IMG/VR virus record: IMGVR_UViG_3300046804_003469 | Coordinates: 124,001 to 188,000 of that record | Length of the DNA stretch: 64,000 bases | Reading direction: 5' to 3' (one strand) | In this document: positions 57,654-64,000 of the stretch, one piece after another | Numbering within the stretch: the stretch's first letter is position 1 | Layout: every line of letters begins with the position of its first letter | The notes under the pieces: model-generated | The model's database searches: none | Told to the model about the DNA's origin: nothing | The model's input: the letters and a program-made list of their open reading frames with translations, nothing else | Translations under genes and position numbers: made by a program

Positions 57654-60145
57654 GATTTTATACCAATGTGCAAATGATCGGGAATCAATTCCTGGTTCGT
57701 GGTTATGACAATGGAAAACATGTAATGTTTAAGGAGGAATATACTCCAACTTTATTCATTAGATCAAATAGACAATCAAAATATAAAACTCTTGATGGGG
57801 AAAATGTAGAACCAATTCAACCTGGACTAGTAAAAGATTGTCGAGAGTTTTATAAAAAATATGATGATGTCGAAGGATTCAAAATCTATGGAAATGACAA
57901 ATATGTATCTCAGTATATTTCTGACAAGTATCCAGAAGATGAAATTAAATTCGATATCAGTAAAATTAAATTAACTACAATTGATATTGAAGTTGCATCT
58001 GAAAATGGATTCCCAGATACTGAATCATGTTCAGAAGAAATTCTTACAATTACAATTCAAGACTATACAACTAAAAAGATTATTACATGGGGTGTCAAAC
58101 CATTTAATAATAAACAAGAAAATGTAACTTACATTGAATGTTCCAGTGAGCATAATTTGTTATCCAGATTTATCGATTATTGGGATGCAAATATTCCAGA
58201 AGTAATTACTGGATGGAACATTCAATTTTATGACGTTCCATATATCTGTGGTCGTCTTAATAAAGTTGTCAGTGAAAAGCAAATGAAAAGATTTTCACCT
58301 TGGGGTCTGATTACAAGAAACGAAATTTTTATCAAAGGTCGCAAAGAAATTTGTTATGATGTTGGTGGAATTACTCAGTTAGATTATCTAGATCTTTATA
58401 AGAAATTTACTTATACCAATCAGGAATCTTATCGTCTGGATCACATTGCTGAAGTGGAACTTGGGCAGAAGAAACTGGATCACTCTGAGTTTGATACGTT
58501 CAAAGATTTTTACACCAAAGGTTGGCAGAAATTTGTAGAGTACAATATTGTTGACGTAGAACTTGTTGACCGTTTGGAAGACAAGATGAAACTCATTGAA
58601 CTTGCAATTACAATGGCATATGACGCCAAGGTAAACTTTGCAGATGTTTTTTCCCAAGTTAGAATGTGGGATAGCATTATCTACAATTATCTTAAGAAAA
58701 GGAATATTGTAATTCCTCCAAAAGTAAAAACTGAAAAGGATGAAAAATATGCTGGAGCATATGTAAAAGAACCTATTCCAGGAAAATATGACTGGGTTGT
58801 ATCGTTTGACTTGAATAGTCTTTATCCGCATTTAATTATGCAATACAATATTAGTCCTGAAACTCTTTTGGAAGAAAGACATCCAACGGTAAATGTGGAT
58901 AAAATTTTAACCAAAAAAATTAACTTTGAAGATTGTAAAGATAAAGCAGTTTGTGCTAATGGTGCAATGTACCGCAAAGATGTTCGTGGATTTCTTCCAG
59001 AACTTATGGAAAAAATTTATAATGAACGTGTAATCTTTAAGAAAAAAATGATTACGGCAGAGCAAGAATATGTCAAGAAAAAAACAAAAGAATTAGAAAA
59101 AGAAATTGCTCGATGTAATAACATTCAGATGGCACGAAAGATCCAACTTAATTCTGCCTATGGTGCAATTGGTAATCAGTATTTTCGTTATTATAAACTT
59201 GAAAATGCTGAAGCAATTACGCTTTCTGGACAAGTTTCCATTCAATGGATTATGGATAAGATGAATTCTTATTTAAATAAAATTCTTAAAACTGGAGATG
59301 TAGATTATGTTATTGCTTCTGATACTGATTCTTTGTACATCAATATGGGTCCTTTGGTTGAAAGTGTATTCAAGGAAAGAGAGAAAACTACTCAAGGCAT
59401 TGTTTCATTCCTTGATAAGGTCTGTAAAATGGAATTTGAAAAGTATATTGAAAGTTCTTATCAAGAATTGGCGGATTATGTAAATGCTTATGAGCAAAAA
59501 ATGTTCATGAAGCGTGAATGTATTTCTGAACGTGGAATCTGGACTGCCAAGAAAAGATACATTTTGAGTGTATGGGATAGTGAAGGTGTTCGTTATGAAG
59601 AACCTAAACTTAAAATCAAGGGTATTGAAGCAATTAAATCTTCAACTCCTGCTCCTTGTCGTAAGATGCTCAAAGAGTCATTTAAAATTATGATGAGTGG
59701 TACTGAATCAAATATGATTGATTTTATTGAGGGGTGTCGTAAAAAATTTAAATCTCTTTCTCCAGCAGAAATCTCTTTTCCTCGTTCAGTAAATGACATT
59801 AAGAAGTATCATTCTAGTTCTACAATTTATGCACATAAAACACCAATCCAAGTAAGAGGTGCTTTATTGTTTAACTACTATGTTAAAGAAAATAAACTAA
59901 CAAATAAATATTCACTCATTCAAAACGGTGAAAAAATTAAATTTTGCTATCTTAAAAAACCAAATCCAATTCATGAAAATGTGATTTCCTTTATTCAAGA
60001 TTTTCCTAAAGAATTTGGAATTGACAAGTATGTAGATTATGACCTACAATTTGAGAAGGCATTTTTAGAACCACTTAAAACAATTCTTGATGTTATTGGG
60101 TGGAATGTAGAAAAAACTGTAAACCTTGAATCATTTTTCTTCTAA
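57650..60145 (+). CDS. gp43: Family B DNA polymerase gp43
   Basis: DIE exonuclease motif, [24 protein letters not shown]. Confidence 0.99.
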   Translation: MRFYTNVQMIGNQFLVRGYDNGKHVMFKEEYTPTLFIRSNRQSKYKTLDGENVEPIQPGLVKDCREFYKKYDDVEGFKIYGNDKYVSQYISDKYPEDEIKFDISKIKLTTIDIEVASENGFPDTESCSEEILTITIQDYTTKKIITWGVKPFNNKQENVTYIECSSEHNLLSRFIDYWDANIPEVITGWNIQFYDVPYICGRLNKVVSEKQMKRFSPWGLITRNEIFIKGRKEICYDVGGITQLDYLDLYKKFTYTNQESYRLDHIAEVELGQKKLDHSEFDTFKDFYTKGWQKFVEYNIVDVELVDRLEDKMKLIELAITMAYDAKVNFADVFSQVRMWDSIIYNYLKKRNIVIPPKVKTEKDEKYAGAYVKEPIPGKYDWVVSFDLNSLYPHLIMQYNISPETLLEERHPTVNVDKILTKKINFEDCKDKAVCANGAMYRKDVRGFLPELMEKIYNERVIFKKKMITAEQEYVKKKTKELEKEIARCNNIQMARKIQLNSAYGAIGNQYFRYYKLENAEAITLSGQVSIQWIMDKMNSYLNKILKTGDVDYVIASDTDSLYINMGPLVESVFKEREKTTQGIVSFLDKVCKMEFEKYIESSYQELADYVNAYEQKMFMKRECISERGIWTAKKRYILSVWDSEGVRYEEPKLKIKGIEAIKSSTPAPCRKMLKESFKIMMSGTESNMIDFIEGCRKKFKSLSPAEISFPRSVNDIKKYHSSSTIYAHKTPIQVRGALLFNYYVKENKLTNKYSLIQNGEKIKFCYLKKPNPIHENVISFIQDFPKEFGIDKYVDYDLQFEKAFLEPLKTILDVIGWNVEKTVNLESFFF

Positions 60146-61149
60146 TGGATTTTTTAAAAGATATTGTAAAAGAGATTGGCGATGACTATACAAAAGTAGC
60201 ATCAGACATTGATGAAACAGAAACTTATGTTGACACAGGTTCGTACATTTTTAATGCACTGGTTTCAGGTAGTATATTTGGTGGTGTATCTGGGAATAAG
60301 ATTACTGCTATTGCTGGAGAGTCTTCTACTGGAAAGACTTTCTTTTCTCTCGCTGTGGTTAAGAATTTTCTTGATACTCACCCCGATGGTTATTGTCTCT
60401 ACTTTGATACTGAGGCTGCCATTACTAAGTCACTCTTGGAGTCACGCGGCATCGACACATCTCGTCTTGTCGTGGTTAATGTTGTCACAGTAGAAGAGTT
60501 TCGTACTAAGGCACTTAAGGCAGTAGATCTCTATATGAAGAAACCTGAAGAAGAACGCAAACCCTGCATGTTTGTGTTAGACTCCTTAGGAATGCTTTCC
60601 ACGGAGAAAGAAATTACTGATGCACTGAATGATAAGCAAGTTCGTGATATGACTAAATCACAACTTATCAAAGGTGCTTTTAGAATGTTAACCCTCAAAT
60701 TAGGACAGGCAAATGTTCCACTCTTGGTCACAAATCATACATACGATGTCATCGGAGCTTATGTACCAACGAAAGAAATGGGAGGAGGTTCTGGACTCAA
60801 ATATGCAGCGAGCACAATCATTTATCTCAGCAAAAAGAAAGAAAAGGATGGAACAGAAGTGGTCGGCAATATTATCAAGGCTAAGACTGCTAAATCGCGT
60901 TTGAGTAAGGAAAATAAAGATGTTGAAATCCGTCTGTATTATGATGAGCGCGGCCTTGATCGTTACTATGGTCTTTTGGAACTTGGTGAGATTGGTGGAC
61001 TCTGGAAGAATGTAGCGGGACGCTATGAGATTGATGGTAAGAAAATCTATGGTAAACAAATTCTTGCAAATCCAGAAGATTACTTTACTGAAGAAGTGAT
61101 GCAAAAACTTGATGAGATTGCAAAAGAAGAGTTTAGTTATGGGCATTGA
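60145..61149 (+). CDS. uvsX: RecA-like recombinase UvsX
   Basis: [33 protein letters not shown]. Confidence 0.97.
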   Translation: MDFLKDIVKEIGDDYTKVASDIDETETYVDTGSYIFNALVSGSIFGGVSGNKITAIAGESSTGKTFFSLAVVKNFLDTHPDGYCLYFDTEAAITKSLLESRGIDTSRLVVVNVVTVEEFRTKALKAVDLYMKKPEEERKPCMFVLDSLGMLSTEKEITDALNDKQVRDMTKSQLIKGAFRMLTLKLGQANVPLLVTNHTYDVIGAYVPTKEMGGGSGLKYAASTIIYLSKKKEKDGTEVVGNIIKAKTAKSRLSKENKDVEIRLYYDERGLDRYYGLLELGEIGGLWKNVAGRYEIDGKKIYGKQILANPEDYFTEEVMQKLDEIAKEEFSYGH

Positions 61150-61699
61150 ACTAAATGATTTTGTTCATGTTTATGATGATGCTTTAGAACCAAATATATG
61201 TCAATTTTTAATTGATTTTTTTGAAGCATGTCCAGATAAACATGAACGAATAGATCAAAATCAAAAACCAAATTTTACTCAGTTTAATTTAACTGAAAAT
61301 CACAAATACTCAGAAGATGTAGAAAAAGTTCATAATCATCTGATTGCAAAAGTATTTGAATATAAAAAGAAATATTATGAATTTGTAGATGAACGTTGTT
61401 TCCCAGAACAACATAATTTTGAACAATTCAGAATTAAAAAATATAACAATGATGGTAATGATTTATTTGATACACATGTAGATGTAATGGATCATGAATC
61501 ATCTAGAAGATTTTTATCTTTTTTCTGGTACTTAAATGACGTTGAAACTGGTGGTGAAACAATCTTTCAGGATTTGGTAATTGCGCCAAAAACTGGTAAG
61601 ATGGTAGTGTTCCCACCGCTATGGATGTTCCCTCATAAAGGGTGCATTCCAATTAGCAACACAAAATACTTGTTAAGCACTTACTTACATTATAAATGA
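61139..61699 (+). CDS. 2OG-Fe(II) oxygenase
   Basis: HVD facial-triad start, [25 protein letters not shown]. Confidence 0.9.
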   Translation: MGIELNDFVHVYDDALEPNICQFLIDFFEACPDKHERIDQNQKPNFTQFNLTENHKYSEDVEKVHNHLIAKVFEYKKKYYEFVDERCFPEQHNFEQFRIKKYNNDGNDLFDTHVDVMDHESSRRFLSFFWYLNDVETGGETIFQDLVIAPKTGKMVVFPPLWMFPHKGCIPISNTKYLLSTYLHYK

Positions 61700-63075
61700 T
61701 GGACAAAATAGAATTTTTGATTTTAAGGAATTTATTGCACAATGATGAATATGTTAGGAAAGTAATTCCTTTTATCAAAGATGAATATTTTGAAGATGTG
61801 CAACAGAAAATAGTTTTTCAAGAAATTTTTAAGTTTATTCAAGAATACAATCAATTAGCAACAAAAGAAGTTCTTAGTATTGAAATTGAAAAACGAAAAG
61901 ATATTGATGAAAAATCATTTCAAGAAATAAAACACCTAATCAGTTGTCTTGAAGATATTCCTGTAGAGTTAAATTGGTTGATCAATATCACTGAAAAATG
62001 GTGTCGTGATCGTGCAATTTATATTGCACTCATGGAATCAATCTATATTGCTGATGGTAAAGATGAGAAGAAGAATCGTGATAGTATTCCTTCTATTTTA
62101 TCTGATGCTCTTGCAGTAAGTTTTGATACTCACGTTGGACATGATTATCTTGAAGATTATGAACAAAGATATGAATCATACCATAAAAAGGAGGATAAAA
62201 TTGAATTTGATCTTGAATACTTTAATAAAATCACGAAAGGTGGTCTCCCTAACAAAACTCTTAACATCGCTCTTGCTGGTACGGGTGTCGGGAAATCTCT
62301 ATTCATGTGCCATGTGGCTAGCTCCGTCTTGCTCCAAGGACGGAACGTTTTGTACATTACGTTGGAAATGGCAGAAGAACGCATTGCTGAAAGAATTGAC
62401 GCAAATCTCTTGAATGTCCCTATTCAAGATATTATCGATCTTCCAAAATCTATTTTTGAAAATAAAGTTACTAATCTTGCGAAGAAAACTCAGGGAACAC
62501 TTATAATTAAAGAATATCCAACGGCATCTGCCCATGCTGGACATTTTAAAGCACTTCTTAATGAACTTTCACTTAAGAAGTCATTTAGACCTGATATTAT
62601 TTTCATTGATTACCTTAATATTTGTTCTTCCTCTAGGTATCGCGGAAACAGCAATATCAATTCTTATACATTTGTTAAAGCAATTGCAGAAGAACTTAGA
62701 GGACTCGCAGTTGAATTTAATGTTCCAATTGTTTCCGCTACTCAGACTACTCGTTCAGGTTTTGGTAGTTCTGATGTTGAACTTACTGATACTTCTGAAT
62801 CCTTTGGTCTCCCTGCTACTGCTGATCTTATGTTTGCCCTTATTAGCACTGAAGAGTTGGAGGGACTTGGACAAATTCTAGTGAAGCAACTTAAGAATCG
62901 TTATAATGATCCTACAATCTACAAAAGATTTGTGGTTGGAATTGATAGGGCAAAAATGCGTCTATATGATTGCGAACAATCTGCTCAAAATGATATTCTT
63001 GACAATCGACAAGAAGAAGAGTATGATTATGAAGAAAGAAAACCTAAAAAATCATTTGAGGGATTTAAGTTTTAA
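61696..63075 (+). CDS. gp41: Replicative helicase gp41
   Basis: AGTGVGKS, YITLEMAEE, IFIDYLN, ATQTTR, QLKNRY. Confidence 0.98.
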   Translation: MMDKIEFLILRNLLHNDEYVRKVIPFIKDEYFEDVQQKIVFQEIFKFIQEYNQLATKEVLSIEIEKRKDIDEKSFQEIKHLISCLEDIPVELNWLINITEKWCRDRAIYIALMESIYIADGKDEKKNRDSIPSILSDALAVSFDTHVGHDYLEDYEQRYESYHKKEDKIEFDLEYFNKITKGGLPNKTLNIALAGTGVGKSLFMCHVASSVLLQGRNVLYITLEMAEERIAERIDANLLNVPIQDIIDLPKSIFENKVTNLAKKTQGTLIIKEYPTASAHAGHFKALLNELSLKKSFRPDIIFIDYLNICSSSRYRGNSNINSYTFVKAIAEELRGLAVEFNVPIVSATQTTRSGFGSSDVELTDTSESFGLPATADLMFALISTEELEGLGQILVKQLKNRYNDPTIYKRFVVGIDRAKMRLYDCEQSAQNDILDNRQEEEYDYEERKPKKSFEGFKF

Positions 63076-63077
63076 AT

Positions 63078-63488
63078 ATGGCACAAGTTATTGATACAAA
63101 CAAATATATTGAATTCGTTCGTCAAACTACGAGTCCTGCAAGCACTGACTATGCTTCTCTTTTGACTCGCTTAAATGAACTTGAAGTACAAGATACTGAT
63201 GTTCCTCGTCTTTTGACTGCTGCTCTTGGGATTAGTGCAGAAGCAGGAGAATTTACTGAGGTTGTGAAAAAGATTTTCCTTCAAGGCAAACCCTACAACG
63301 AAGAAAGTGTTTTTCATATGAAGCGTGAACTTGGTGATATTTGCTGGTATCTTTCACAAGCATTTATGGCACTTGATACTAATTTTGAAGAGATTCTTCA
63401 AATGAACTTTGAGAAACTGAGTGCTCGTTATCCTGAAGGTACATTTGATGTTTATCGTTCTGAAAATCGTGTGGAGGGAGACCTGTGA
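63078..63488 (+). CDS. mazG: MazG-like nucleotide pyrophosphohydrolase
   Basis: EAGEFTEVVKK, ELGDICWY, KLSARYP. Confidence 0.93.
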   Translation: MAQVIDTNKYIEFVRQTTSPASTDYASLLTRLNELEVQDTDVPRLLTAALGISAEAGEFTEVVKKIFLQGKPYNEESVFHMKRELGDICWYLSQAFMALDTNFEEILQMNFEKLSARYPEGTFDVYRSENRVEGDL

Positions 63489-63661
63489 GCAAAGAAAAAC
63501 AAGTAACGATTAAAATGAATGTGAATTCAGCAATTCGAGTTCTTGAAGTTCTTGATAATGCTACTGCTGGATATAGTAAAGAACATATTCCAGAAAGAAT
63601 TGTACTTCTACGTGAAGTTATTGAACAACTTGATAAAGAACTTGAAAAAGTAGTTCTCTGA
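63485..63661 (+). CDS. 58-aa hypothetical protein (GTG start, not in the ORF track)
   Basis: MSKEKQVTIKMNVNSAIRVLEVLDNATAGYSKEHIPERIVLLREVIEQLDKELEKVVL. GTGA overlap with mazG; GGAG SD upstream. Confidence 0.7.
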   Translation: MSKEKQVTIKMNVNSAIRVLEVLDNATAGYSKEHIPERIVLLREVIEQLDKELEKVVL

Positions 63662-63679
63662 CCCCGTGAGGGGTTTTTT
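63661..63679 (+). terminator. Intrinsic terminator
   Basis: ACCCC-GTGA-GGGGT followed by a T run. Confidence 0.8.
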
Positions 63680-63687
63680 CATAAATA
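63680..63687 (+). promoter_or_regulatory. Late promoter (CATAAATA)
   Basis: Immediately after the terminator. Confidence 0.7.
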
Positions 63688-63701
63688 TTTAAAAAAAAGC
63701 A

Positions 63702-64000
63702 ATGTATTTTTCTGAATGGAGAAAGCAGCAACGTTTAAAAGAAACTTATAATTTTTTTAAAGTTCCTGCAAATAAAATTACTGATGTTCAATTTGCAACA
63801 ATTATTCATGCTTTTATAAAGTTTGCAAAAAAATATTTAAAGATAAAATCTAATCCAAAAATTAAATTTGTAAAAGATTCTAAATTTGCCCAAAAGATAG
63901 GTGCATTTGGACAAATTACTGGAAAGAATGAGATTAAGATTGATATATTAAATAGACATCCAATGGATATACTGAGAACTGTAGCGCATGAATTAGTTCA
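63702..64000 (+). CDS. Partial late gene, HExxH zinc-metallopeptidase-like (runs off the window)
   Basis: MYFSEWRKQQRLKE...NRHPMDILRTVAHELV, with the next codon cut at 'ca' (His or Gln). Confidence 0.65.
   Translation, partial: MYFSEWRKQQRLKETYNFFKVPANKITDVQFATIIHAFIKFAKKYLKIKSNPKIKFVKDSKFAQKIGAFGQITGKNEIKIDILNRHPMDILRTVAHELV

Noticed and set aside
27362-60145. Introns or inteins in gp17, gp20, gp23, gp43, gp41
   Set aside because: All are uninterrupted and of ordinary length
1-64000. tRNA genes, CRISPR arrays, reverse transcriptase/DGR, alternative genetic code
   Set aside because: No cloverleaf, repeat-spacer array or RT motifs seen by eye, and intergenic gaps are short. Core genes translate full-length in the standard code.

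Overview
A 64-kb, AT-rich segment of a T4-like cyanophage (Kyanoviridae-type myovirus) with all credible genes on the + strand. The window opens inside a giant gp7-like baseplate protein. It then runs through a gp9/gp10-type fibre, gp8, a VrlC-like protein, neck and packaging genes (gp13-gp17), tail sheath and tube, portal, prohead genes, major capsid protein, gp3, uvsY/uvsW, gp55 and gp47/46. A CobT/CobS-like vWA-AAA pair with a free-standing HNH follows, then gp45, a DenV-like glycosylase, gp44, an accessory island, gp62, regA, hsp20, gp43, uvsX, gp41 and mazG. Gene calls come from recalled motifs and T4-like synteny, not database searches. The most interesting signals are small and several are missed by the ORF track. 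(1) A 61-aa basic ORF has its own promoter and an intrinsic terminator inside the coding sequence, the non-stop-mRNA layout of ArfA/BrfA ribosome-rescue factors. (2) An unannotated 54-aa NblA-like ORF sits in the late structural operon. (3) A ROSE-like RNA thermometer lies in front of hsp20. (4) A G-[IVL]-[GSAT]-[TS] ('GIGT') motif is dense in virion proteins and was not noticed in replication proteins. (5) A phage-specific promoter box, AA(C/G)TG(T/G)CACA, sits 30-31 nt before a -10 element in four copies. (6) Several ORFs look like capsid-targeted internal proteins or a polyprotein. (7) A possible sRNA lies next to Sm-like paralogues.
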